Below are positions 49,020-58,700 of a stretch of DNA of 64,000 bases, in pieces. The DNA comes from a virus. The stretch is taken from the IMG/VR virus record IMGVR_UViG_3300012012_001194, positions 1 to 64,000 of that record. One strand, given 5' to 3'. The stretch's first letter is position 1, and every line of letters starts with the position of its first letter. The notes beneath the pieces were generated by a model, which saw only the letters and a list, made by a program, of their open reading frames with translations, was not told where the DNA came from and searched no databases. The translations under genes were made by a program, and so were the position numbers.

Positions 49020-50938
49020 TAAAGTACCCCTTTGTCTTCTTTCATGTCTAAGACACCGTTGTCCATTTGCTTAGTGTTATACCCTTTTACTGGGCCTTTG
49101 CGTCCAAAGTCAACAGCCTTAGCTAGAGAAGGAACATAGGAAGTACTTTGCTCATCACTTATAGCCCCACGATGCACAGCTTGCAGAGTCGACTTTTTAA
49201 GGTTACTACCAAGCATGCGAGTCATCCAGTCGGGGTCATGCTGAAGGTTTTCTAGCCCACGGACAAAGTGAGGCTCAAAAGGAGCGGGCTTATTATGGAC
49301 GGTAACCTTACCGACGCCGAAGTCATTAAAGTCATTAATCATCGAAGGCTTAATCTTAGTACCTATGGTGTAGTGCAGAACTGGCTGCTCTAAATAATTA
49401 CCTACTGATTCACTAGGGGTTACTATTCTATGTCCCTCTCTAGGTTCCCAGTCGTGCTCCACTGAGTCATAGGGGACAACATCATCTGGGGCAAATTGTT
49501 TGTACTCATCCGTAAGCTTAATGTGATTAATAAGCCCTTTCGACATAACCTCAATATTACGACGATTACCGCCCATGCCGGCGTTTCTCATAGCACCTTT
49601 GAAAGCTTGAACAAACTGCCTGCGCCCTTCGCCTATGCCTTTGAACTTAGTCAACTGAGCAGGGTTTGCTATGCCGTCAGAAAGGGTGTCGCCAGCCTCT
49701 ACTGTATCGTTGAGCTTTACAGATACTGCGGCTTCAGGGTTAACATAGTGGTCTACCCCGTTGATAGCTACAAAATACCCGCCGGTTGCTGCTGGCTTAA
49801 TGCCTGTAACCTTTCCATCTGTCTGTGCGTGGGCGGCCCAGTAAGGAGACTGCTTAGGCGCCTGCACCAATTGATTTAAATGTTTAAACCCTGATACGGC
49901 TCCTGCGGCTCCGGCTACGCCACCAGTATGCTTTGAGCTCAGCTGCCCTTGGGAGATTGGCTCCGAAAGCGCTTGCATCGCAGCAATACCTACAGAGTCT
50001 CCAATAGGAGCAAAGCCTCCCCGCTCTCTTATTCCTAAGTCTCTAGAGTAAAGTCCGCCATCGGGAGCGCCCATGGCTATTGGACTACGAACTAGAAGCC
50101 GTTTAAGGTTCTTAGACTTTAAATCTTTAAGTATTCTTGGAGTTAAGACGGTGTTTCTGCCATACCCTCCAGCCGGCATAGCTAGAAGAGCGCCCTCGTT
50201 ATCATCATCCTCGATGTCTACAGGAAGCCCGCGGTTTTCAGACCTCGTAGGATCCTCAGCGTCGTCGCCTACCACGATCATCCTATGGCCGATTTGATTA
50301 AGCTGCTTTGAGAAGAACCCAGCGTCCATGGTGGCGAACTTGGTATCCGCAACCCCTTTACGAGCTCCGAAAGCTCCAGCAAAGTATTCTGCAGGGTTAA
50401 GACCTTTAGAATAGGAGCTGAATACCGGAATAGGTATTGGGTTGTCGTGGTGGTCTGTGTAAAGTAAGTCACCGCCCCTTAAGCTTTTAAGGTTCATCGG
50501 CTTACCACGGGACCCAGACTGAATCTGTCTAGCTAGCTGATTATTCTCCCTGACGGAGTCATCGAATATACCCTTCTCCATGTCCTTCTGAGAGTTGTTC
50601 AGCAAGTCGATCATTTGGTTGTTTTTACCGGTCTCGTCGTTCTGAGGGTCAGCCATAATGCTGGCTATGGCGGTTCTAAGCTTAGCCTTTGCATCCATAG
50701 AGTACTTAGACTCTCTGAGATCTTTAAGGCCGAACGAGAACCCACCGCTGCCATAAGCCACATCTCTACCAATGTCGTAGAGCTTCTTTGACACTTCTTT
50801 GTACTTATCAGGGTGCTGCTCCGCTATGGTCTGCATGAGCGCTGCAGAGGACTTAGAATCTAAAGTTCTAGAGTAGTCCTTAAGTTCATTAGGGAGGGCG
50901 TCGTTAACCATGATCTGACCGATGGTGGTCCTAAGCAT
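49019..50938 (-). CDS. Phage DNA-directed RNA polymerase beta' subunit, C-terminal half
   Basis: TTIGQ start, SGSRG, bridge helix EYF...GARKGVADT...T..AG, trigger loop VGIAAMQALSEPISQGQLSSKHTGG. Confidence 0.93.
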   Translation of the reverse strand: MLRTTIGQIMVNDALPNELKDYSRTLDSKSSAALMQTIAEQHPDKYKEVSKKLYDIGRDVAYGSGGFSFGLKDLRESKYSMDAKAKLRTAIASIMADPQNDETGKNNQMIDLLNNSQKDMEKGIFDDSVRENNQLARQIQSGSRGKPMNLKSLRGGDLLYTDHHDNPIPIPVFSSYSKGLNPAEYFAGAFGARKGVADTKFATMDAGFFSKQLNQIGHRMIVVGDDAEDPTRSENRGLPVDIEDDDNEGALLAMPAGGYGRNTVLTPRILKDLKSKNLKRLLVRSPIAMGAPDGGLYSRDLGIRERGGFAPIGDSVGIAAMQALSEPISQGQLSSKHTGGVAGAAGAVSGFKHLNQLVQAPKQSPYWAAHAQTDGKVTGIKPAATGGYFVAINGVDHYVNPEAAVSVKLNDTVEAGDTLSDGIANPAQLTKFKGIGEGRRQFVQAFKGAMRNAGMGGNRRNIEVMSKGLINHIKLTDEYKQFAPDDVVPYDSVEHDWEPREGHRIVTPSESVGNYLEQPVLHYTIGTKIKPSMINDFNDFGVGKVTVHNKPAPFEPHFVRGLENLQHDPDWMTRMLGSNLKKSTLQAVHRGAISDEQSTSYVPSLAKAVDFGRKGPVKGYNTKQMDNGVLDMKEDKGVL

Positions 50939-50940
50939 GA

Positions 50941-51159
50941 TTAGCCTCCAATAGTGAGCTTCTTAATGATAGGTGGTGTAATTCCATATTGTTTAAGGAC
51001 ACTTGCAAAATCAGCATCACCTGCTGTATAGCAGGTGATTGTGTTATCAAGGTTATCAAAGAACAAAGCGATCGGGTTATTAAAGCTGTCATAAATGACT
51101 AACCTTGTCGCCTTCGTTATAGGGCCCGCATTAAACGAGTCATGATAATCAAGAAGCAT
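50941..51159 (-). CDS. Small hypothetical protein
   Basis: 72 aa; packed between neighbours. Confidence 0.6.
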   Translation of the reverse strand: MLLDYHDSFNAGPITKATRLVIYDSFNNPIALFFDNLDNTITCYTAGDADFASVLKQYGITPPIIKKLTIGG

Positions 51160-51832
51160 TTCTTCTGTTCTTTCTTAATAAGTGAAGGATGCCTGCAGCC
51201 TTCTCACTAACGCTAAAGTTATCAGCAGCTGTCTTGATTGGTGCAGCACCTTGGTCAGGTGAAGGAGCGCCGCCTTGGTCCTGTTTCTGGCCGTCTGCAC
51301 CTTGCTGGCCTTTAGGGTCATCAAGGATATCATGAGGCAAGTTAAGCCCGAGGGATGAGTAAAGATGGGTCATGAGCTTTTGAATACGGTGCATGTACAC
51401 CTCAGTCTGAGCTCCGTCATTCTTCTTTACAGCACCTTTACCGCCGCCTTTTGCTTCAGCCATAGCTCGTTGCATTTCGTCTTTTACAACTGACCTAATT
51501 TGCTCTGTAGGGTCAGGAGGAGGAGGAGGGGCACCGCCCATCATGGAAGGATCCATAGGGGGAGCACCACCGGCCATAGCAGGGTCCATAGGAGGAGCAC
51601 CGCCAGCCATAGCAGGATCCATAGGAGGAGCACCACCGGCCATAGCAGGATCCATAGGAGGAGCACCACCGGCCATGGCGGGATCCATTGGAGGAGCGCC
51701 TTGTGGAGGGGCGCCGCCCATAGAAGGGTCCATTGGAGGAGCTCCTGGAGGAGCGCCTGCACCCTCTGGAGGCATGAAGGCTCGCTTAACATTGAGTTGT
51801 GCCTGCTTCAAAAGATACTTGTTGATAGCCAT
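51149..51832 (-). CDS. Gly/Pro/Met repeat protein with K-x-A motifs
   Basis: 227 aa; (GGAPPMDPAMA)n; LKQA, VKRA, IKTA, EKAA. Confidence 0.75.
   Translation of the reverse strand: MAINKYLLKQAQLNVKRAFMPPEGAGAPPGAPPMDPSMGGAPPQGAPPMDPAMAGGAPPMDPAMAGGAPPMDPAMAGGAPPMDPAMAGGAPPMDPSMMGGAPPPPPDPTEQIRSVVKDEMQRAMAEAKGGGKGAVKKNDGAQTEVYMHRIQKLMTHLYSSLGLNLPHDILDDPKGQQGADGQKQDQGGAPSPDQGAAPIKTAADNFSVSEKAAGILHLLRKNRRNAS
51528..51757 (-). repeat. 33-bp tandem repeat encoding GGAPPMDPAMA
   Basis: About 5-6 units of ggaggagcaccaccggccatagcaggatccata with synonymous variation. Confidence 0.92.
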
Positions 51833-51881
51833 GTTAATTACCCTTCTTATATGTTTAAAACGTTAATTGCCGTTATCGTCA

Positions 51882-53378
51882 TCAATCCTTGGAATAATCT
51901 GGATACTCGTCAACAATCTGCATGTTTGGCTTTGATACAGTACTTGACTCCATTAAGCCGCCTAGTAAATCATTAGCCATGCTCGCTGGCAATCGTTTTC
52001 CTTCGCCCGCAGAGGTGCTAGGGGACAAGTACGTACTCCTGTCAACGCCTGTATTACCCATCCCCTTTCTAATCGCCATCTCATTAACCCCAGCGCCACC
52101 TAAGCCGCCGATAGCGCCACCAGCAAGAGCACCACGGCCAAGTCGACCAAGAATACCTACGCCTTTCTTTCGTTTACCAAACATAGCGTTACCTACGCCG
52201 CCTATTGCAGCGCCTGCGCCGCCACCTAGGATAGCCGCCTGAGCTGTAGGGTCAAGACCTTTATAAGCATCTAAAGCCTGAGCTCCCATGCCCTTAAGGC
52301 TTTCTAAAAAAGCTCGCTTGTGCATGGTTCCGTTTTGATGACCAAGGCGAGCGGCAAAGGCTGCCGACTTGTTCACCTTTTTACCCTTTTTTTTGTTATT
52401 ATCACTTATGAACTTTCTCATCTCCCCGTGGGCTCCCTTGAACTCATTAGGAACATCATCAGTCAAGTCGTCATAGTCTTTTAAGTCGTCTGATGCGCCC
52501 TTTTCAAGTTGCGATCTTAAGCGCTGGTTACGAACGGCTGCGTCGTATCCTTCAAATCCGCCGCCTAGTAAAGATATAAGAGCCCCCGCTCCGGATCCAG
52601 CTCCTAAACCGCCTGCTAAGGATGCAGCAGCCATAGGTTCTGCGACCCCGGCAGCGCCTAGCATACCTACGCCCTGCCCCATTCGTCCAAATAACTCGCC
52701 CACAGCGCCTGTAGTCCTGCCGACGTTACCCTCTTGGTAACGAGGCGAGCGGCCAGCTAATTGCTCTAAAGCGTCAACAGATCCGGCTCGATGAAATCCC
52801 CCCGCAGGCAGCAGGGCTCCCCACCTACTTAAATGCGGGTCTGCCGCAGCTAGATCCATAGTTTGGCCTTCAGCTTTAGCTTTATTATATTCGTCCCTAA
52901 TTGTAGCGATCTGGCTAGCTCTGGCTGCATTATTTCCTAGGGCTCCGAGTGTTGCACCAATGCCAGTCCCAAGCATGGCACCTCTAGGGCCATTAGCGAA
53001 TCCACCTATGGTGGCGCCTCCAGCGGCGCCTAAAAGCGAAGTCAATACCCTTGCAGTATTTGGATTGGTTATGTTAAAAGCCGGGCTGTTACCCATGGCT
53101 TTAGATAATGTCGTGGCTTTACCTGCCCTAGCATCTGAGTACGGTAATCCCAGAACGTCACCAGCGGTGGCCCAGCGGCTGCCACTTAAAAGTTCATCAT
53201 CAGGGCCGCCATACCCCTTGGGCGCTGCTTTAGGAGGGCCTCCAGCAGGCTTAGGCTTATTAGGTTCATAGGAGTATTTAGGCTTTTTCTTATCAGGAGC
53301 ATCAGCCTCTTCCGCTTGCTTGTATAATTGCTCTAATGCTAACTTAAGTTCGGCGGCTTGGGCTGTAACACTATTCAT
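51882..53378 (-). CDS. Glycine-zipper protein, putative internal/ejection protein
   Basis: 498 aa; several GxxxG hairpins separated by KQA, KGA, KSA and KRA; no Cys. Confidence 0.62.
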   Translation of the reverse strand: MNSVTAQAAELKLALEQLYKQAEEADAPDKKKPKYSYEPNKPKPAGGPPKAAPKGYGGPDDELLSGSRWATAGDVLGLPYSDARAGKATTLSKAMGNSPAFNITNPNTARVLTSLLGAAGGATIGGFANGPRGAMLGTGIGATLGALGNNAARASQIATIRDEYNKAKAEGQTMDLAAADPHLSRWGALLPAGGFHRAGSVDALEQLAGRSPRYQEGNVGRTTGAVGELFGRMGQGVGMLGAAGVAEPMAAASLAGGLGAGSGAGALISLLGGGFEGYDAAVRNQRLRSQLEKGASDDLKDYDDLTDDVPNEFKGAHGEMRKFISDNNKKKGKKVNKSAAFAARLGHQNGTMHKRAFLESLKGMGAQALDAYKGLDPTAQAAILGGGAGAAIGGVGNAMFGKRKKGVGILGRLGRGALAGGAIGGLGGAGVNEMAIRKGMGNTGVDRSTYLSPSTSAGEGKRLPASMANDLLGGLMESSTVSKPNMQIVDEYPDYSKD

Positions 53379-53463
53379 ATCAACACTCCATGTTAAAAAT
53401 GAGCAACTTAAACTCTATTGGAACAGTTTAAACTACATAATACAACGGCGCTACTGCAAACGA

Positions 53464-54102
53464 TTAGTCAAGAAGTAGTGGAGAAGCCTTCCTAAGCAGC
53501 TCGGGACGAAGCAACCCGTAGTCCCTTAGAAGCTTTGAAGTTCCTAAGAGGTTTTCATTGTGCCTGCCTGCACTGTAGTATCCGGCAGCTCCGCCAGCAG
53601 CAGCTGGCGCCAAGGTCGCCATGATTGAAGTAGATAGGGGCTGGCCCGTCAGCTTGCTAGCGGCTAAGCCACCAAGACCGCCGATCCCTGCATACCCTAG
53701 CGCTCTAAGCGTTGGGTTAGCCTTATGACTCTTAAAGTCATACTTCTCACTAGGATCGTTCTTTAATTTGTTGATGATGTTCTCAAAGCCAGGCCGGCCT
53801 AAGCCATAACCACTAAGATCGTCATCAGTAGGTTGAACCATGCTCTTGGCTTGGTCCAGCATAGATATAGCCATAGGCATACGGTCAGGACCGGGCTGCA
53901 TGAAGTCCTTAAGGTTCATATTGCGAGCGGACTTCTCAGACGTTAGCTTGCTCCAGTTCTTCTTATCTGGGTAGGCTTCGCTTCCTGGCTTGGCGGGAGT
54001 TCCGCCTCTTTTCTTTTTTGCTTGAATGTTAGCCCACAACCCAGGGTTGCTCTCAGATGCTGATGATTTAAAGAACAAGCTATGTAATCCCTGTAAGCTC
54101 AT
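53464..54102 (-). CDS. Glycine-zipper protein with short basic N-terminal module
   Basis: Likely ATG at 54102 with AAGGAG RBS; GLWANIQAKKKRG module; C-terminal GxxxG pair. Confidence 0.62.
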   Translation of the reverse strand: MSLQGLHSLFFKSSASESNPGLWANIQAKKKRGGTPAKPGSEAYPDKKNWSKLTSEKSARNMNLKDFMQPGPDRMPMAISMLDQAKSMVQPTDDDLSGYGLGRPGFENIINKLKNDPSEKYDFKSHKANPTLRALGYAGIGGLGGLAASKLTGQPLSTSIMATLAPAAAGGAAGYYSAGRHNENLLGTSKLLRDYGLLRPELLRKASPLLLD

Positions 54103-54232
54103 GATCGGCTCCTTAGATAATAACCCAGCTGAAAAAGCCTCGTCGCTCTGACACACTTCCGCTTCGAGCAACGATTAGTCCCAGGAAAGTGCTAAAACAG
54201 GCCCTAGCCTTTCCAGCCAAGTACACATAATA

Positions 54233-55726
54233 TTACTCTTTACTTCCAATTTGTTTAAGCAAATTAAGGAATTGCTCATTTAATTCCTGCTTTCTATTAG
54301 CGGCAGAAATCAAATAGTCATCCGTAGCTGGTACTGGATCTGCTCCAACACCCACATATCTCAACATAGATCTTAGCCTACCGGGGGCTGTCCTAGCTAT
54401 GTATCTTTCTATTTGAACCTTCCTATCTTCTATAGGGAGGTGCTCATGGCTATCAAAGCGCAAAGCCCTTCCTTCACTCTGACTACTCCTAGCAGTGTTC
54501 CAATGCGGGTCTAATAGCTGAACTAGCTTAGTTCCCTTAAAGGAAAGACCCTCAGTTCCAGACGGGCCTAAGAGCGCAACCTTAAGCTTGTCGGTATTGT
54601 AGTCGTCTACTAAGCGCTTACGCTCTTTATCAGATAGGGCGCCCGTGAAAGAGGCAGCTGGAATGCCAGCTCGGTCTAGCGCCGCTTGATAAGGGGAAAG
54701 CCCAGCATCAATGAAGTTGGAGAAGATCAGGGCTTTGCCCTTGGGGTCTTTATCCAAGAGCCCTTTAAGATTACTAAAGGCAGTGGTCAGCTTGGGCGAG
54801 TCATCAAATGCCTTTTGGACATCTTTGTTACCCTTCATAAATGGAAGAGTAGAAAGACCTACCTGTCTCAGCCCCGTCATGAAGCTGGTCATTCGGCTGA
54901 CCTCTTCCTGCGTCAGCGGGTAATTCATCTTGAGCTTCCATCGAAGCGCAGCAGGAAGCTGCCCCATCATGTAGCTGTTAAGGTCGGTCTGGTTTTGGCT
55001 CATCTCTACGACGACGTCTTTGCGGTTAATCTCAGCTTTGGGAGCCAGAGGTGCAAAGTAATCCACCTTCCCTTGAAGCTTGTTTTTAAGCTGATCTTGG
55101 TTGATGATCGATGGCTCGCCGGGAGCCCCGTTGAAGATGCGCTTGTACCACGGCTGCTTGGGAGCCTCATCCATGTACATGTTACCGAACTCTTCAGGGC
55201 TCATGTCCTCGCCAGTGAGGATGTTATAAGGCACTGTGAAGTCGCTTGGGTCGTTAACTACTGGTGTGCCCGTGAGAAGCACCACCTGCCTAGCCTTTCT
55301 AGCAGCTTCTACTAGGTTCTTGGCTTGAGCCGAGTTTGGATTACGGAAGCGATGAGCCTCATCTACTAAGAGGGAGCCTGGGTTCTCAATCGTACGGCCA
55401 AGCGCTACTCCGGTGTGGCTCATGATGCTACTTGGCGTAGCAGTTGGTTGATCAATAAACTTTTCCTGCTCCTTACGTAAGTTGTTACGTAGAGAAGCTG
55501 GAACTACAGCGGTGTAAGGTATTTTTGACTCGTCTGCTGCAGCTAAGCCGCTTAGTGTTTTTCCAGACCCAAGGCTGTGATAAAGCAACATACGAGCTTT
55601 GCCAGCTGTGTCTAACTGTTTCTGTACCTTATCTACTACTCCCTGCTGGTGCGGCTGCAGCGAGATATTAGGATTAAGGTCAGCCTGTTTTGTGGAGACG
55701 TCTCCACTAATGTAGTCTTGGGTCAC
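54233..55726 (-). CDS. SNF2-family (SF2) helicase/translocase
   Basis: LQPHQ, GSGKT, DEAH, LTGTP, IFSNF, GTEGLS, DPHWN, QSEGRALR. Confidence 0.95.
   Translation of the reverse strand: MTQDYISGDVSTKQADLNPNISLQPHQQGVVDKVQKQLDTAGKARMLLYHSLGSGKTLSGLAAADESKIPYTAVVPASLRNNLRKEQEKFIDQPTATPSSIMSHTGVALGRTIENPGSLLVDEAHRFRNPNSAQAKNLVEAARKARQVVLLTGTPVVNDPSDFTVPYNILTGEDMSPEEFGNMYMDEAPKQPWYKRIFNGAPGEPSIINQDQLKNKLQGKVDYFAPLAPKAEINRKDVVVEMSQNQTDLNSYMMGQLPAALRWKLKMNYPLTQEEVSRMTSFMTGLRQVGLSTLPFMKGNKDVQKAFDDSPKLTTAFSNLKGLLDKDPKGKALIFSNFIDAGLSPYQAALDRAGIPAASFTGALSDKERKRLVDDYNTDKLKVALLGPSGTEGLSFKGTKLVQLLDPHWNTARSSQSEGRALRFDSHEHLPIEDRKVQIERYIARTAPGRLRSMLRYVGVGADPVPATDDYLISAANRKQELNEQFLNLLKQIGSKE
55692..55707. repeat. 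Dispersed palindrome copy 7 (perfect 16-mer)
   Basis: In the N-terminal leader of the SNF2 gene (SGDVSTKQA). Confidence 0.95.
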
Positions 55727-55728
55727 GG

Positions 55729-58700
55729 CTACTCCACTATGACAACTTTGTCGTTGGCATCAATCTCGCCGGAACGGTACGCACGCATGGCATCAGCCTT
55801 AGTCTTGAAGTACCTCTCTGGCCTCTTAGATGCTTCAGAAGTGGCGGTGTAGAGCCCGCCTTGGTATTCATTCATTGGCAACTGATGAACCTTGAAGTTC
55901 TTTACAGCGAACAGGTTTCTGCTGGGTAGCATCTTCTCCATAGCGTCTTTAACCGCTTCGTCAGTAGTAGGCACATGGTAGTTCATAGCATCGCCATCGA
56001 AGTCGGCGCCAAACCCTTTTACAATAATAGGAGGAACTTGAAGAGTACTTCCCTTAACAAGGGTAGGCCTAAACGCCATAACCCCATATCTATGTAACAC
56101 TGGAGCACGAGTAATGATAACAGGTCTTGCTTCCATCTCAGAAGTCATGGCATCCATAGCCATCTTATCTTTATTCTCTATCATTTCTGCGGCTTTAAAC
56201 CTATCAACTCCACGCCTGACTAATCTTCTCATAATAAATGGCTTATACACTGCCCAAGCCCTGTCTTCAGGGATACCGACTTGATCCATGTCCAGTTCTG
56301 GATTAGGAGTAATAGCAGCCCTACCTACCATGTCAACATTAGATGCTAATAGCTTTCTTTGAAGGACACTGAACTTAGGGTTATCACCAAAGACTTGCTT
56401 TAGTATTCCCTTTACGTTCTTCTGCTCTAACTTTGGATTGGTAGCATCGCCAAGCCCAGTTACGGCTTTGAGGGAGTCATAAACGCTTGTTCTATGCTCA
56501 GAAAGATCAGAGAAGCTCTTGGACGACTCCCTCATCTCGTTGTTAGAGTCGATCAACTCTTTATAAAGATAGTTAGCGTCTCCAACCATAGGCAGCCCGC
56601 TTGACTGCATCACGCTAACTGGCCTAAATAAAGGAGGAAGCACAGGAGCTTTAGACATCATCCAGTCAGATGGATGCATATTCAGTTCTTTAGTGCTCTT
56701 AAGATACCCAAGTTTACGAACTGCTTCATCTCTGTAAGACTTCTTACCAGAAGCTATCTGAGCTCTGGCTTTCATGATCTCTTGGTCGACATTGATCTTC
56801 TTTAGTGCTATCCCAATAGCGTTAGGTCCCTTAACGCCGTTAAGAGCTTCTTTACCAGCTAATACGTCTCTAAATTTGTTCTCTGTTAATCCCAGTACTT
56901 TGCGTATGGGCTCTTCCATAACAGGGTTAGGCATCGGCTCGTGCAGCTTTATGTGGCTCCACATCGTACCGCCATGGCCGCCCGTAAGCTTAGGGTCAAA
57001 TAACCCATCACCGACTGGCTTCATGCCGCCTTCCCAATCTACGGTGTCGGATCGCTTAATCTCACGATCGCCTGAGAGGGAGTCTATATCTCTATCAGTC
57101 AATGCCATGAGCTGTGTCTTGGAGCCGCTGCGCACGGGGTTAATTCCAGCTGCTTGGAGCTGTGCCATAAACTTGCGATAGGTCAAAGGCACTCTAGGGA
57201 TTGGCATAGCCTTGCCCCCCATGAAGGCCGCCCAGTAATCATCGTTCTTCTGGCCTCGAATAGCTCCTGCGTCTCTTAGAACCTCATGGGCCCCGTGAGA
57301 GAGTAGAGCGTTAACGTCCATGAGGGCCATTCTTTTAGATCCGGTCTCTCCGCCTTTAGCCGGGGTCTCTTCAGCGGTGTACCCGCTAGAAATTCCTCGA
57401 CCTTGGCCTTTAGACTCAGAGGTGTGATGCAACTTCATAAAGAAGCGATTGCCTGTGAAGATGTTCTTAATCTTCTTACCTGACTCAGGATCTTCGAGGT
57501 CTTCCATATCACTAAGGTTGTTTTTTCTAAGCTCATCGATAGCGAACTCAGTAAGGTCTTCGATGTTGTCGAAGTCTTTAACTGCGTAGCGTTTACCTGT
57601 CTTCTCAGATATCTTTCCAAGAGCAGCTTCTACCATCTGGCTTGGATTAGTTCGAGTAATAACCCCAAGCGGGTTTAGTAGTACTTCAAAGGGCCGTCCG
57701 TCTGCGCCTTTTGGCATCTTGTCATCAGGAACAACAGTGGAGATAACTCCTTTATCACCATAACGCCCGGAGAGCTTATCTCCTTCTTTCATGGGGTTAA
57801 GGCTCTTTACCGTTACTGCAAATCCTTTTTTAGTTTGAGCCACGTCGGTAACCACACCTTCGTTCTCGTGATCCCACGTGGTGCTGGCGTTATTAAACCC
57901 AGTCCTAGACCTTCCAACTTGCTGGTTATGGGCTCTTGAGAGTACGTTAGCTTGTAAGATAAGTGGGTCACCTTTTCTTACAACTGTACCCGGCTTAATC
58001 ACACCGTTGTCGTCAAGGTTGTCTACGAGGGCCCTAGAATAATCAGAAGGAAACAGTGTAAGAAACGCCCGCTTTCCAGGCTTGGTGTCTTTGTCAAATT
58101 CAGCCTCATGCTGATACATGTGCTCAGAGGTTAGACGTTTAGCTGCGCCTTCTGAAATAACAATAGCGTCTTCAAAGTTGTAACCCTTGTAAGGTATGTA
58201 GGCGGTTCTAAGATTAGTGCCTAGCGCAGATGTGCCTTTGTCATTAGTGTAGTTAGATCTAGCTAACAAGTCACCTTGGTTGACAACATCACCAACTTTT
58301 ACGGTAGCCGTGTTATGTAGAAAAGTCTTACGGTTGAATGGAAGATTATTATAGATCTCTTTCTTGTGAAGCTGGCCGTCTTCTCCCCGTACATGAATCT
58401 CATCACCATCTACTTTGATTACTTGGCCCGCTACATCAGAGTGTATAGCGCCCATATGTTTACCGTAATCTTCCTCATAAGACTTGTCGTCTTCATCGGG
58501 CATACCTGATTGCACATAAGGGGCTTCAGGGTTTTGTAGGGGTAGCGCCTGCGTAAGCATGCGGGCGCCCATCATTACTCGCTGCCCTTTGGTAGCGCTC
58601 TTAAGAGGAATCATATTGGCTAGCTGATTAAAGGCGTGCTCCATGCGAGGAAGCTCATGGCTAACCTCTGCTCTGTTCACGTACTTGATCTTACCGTTAA

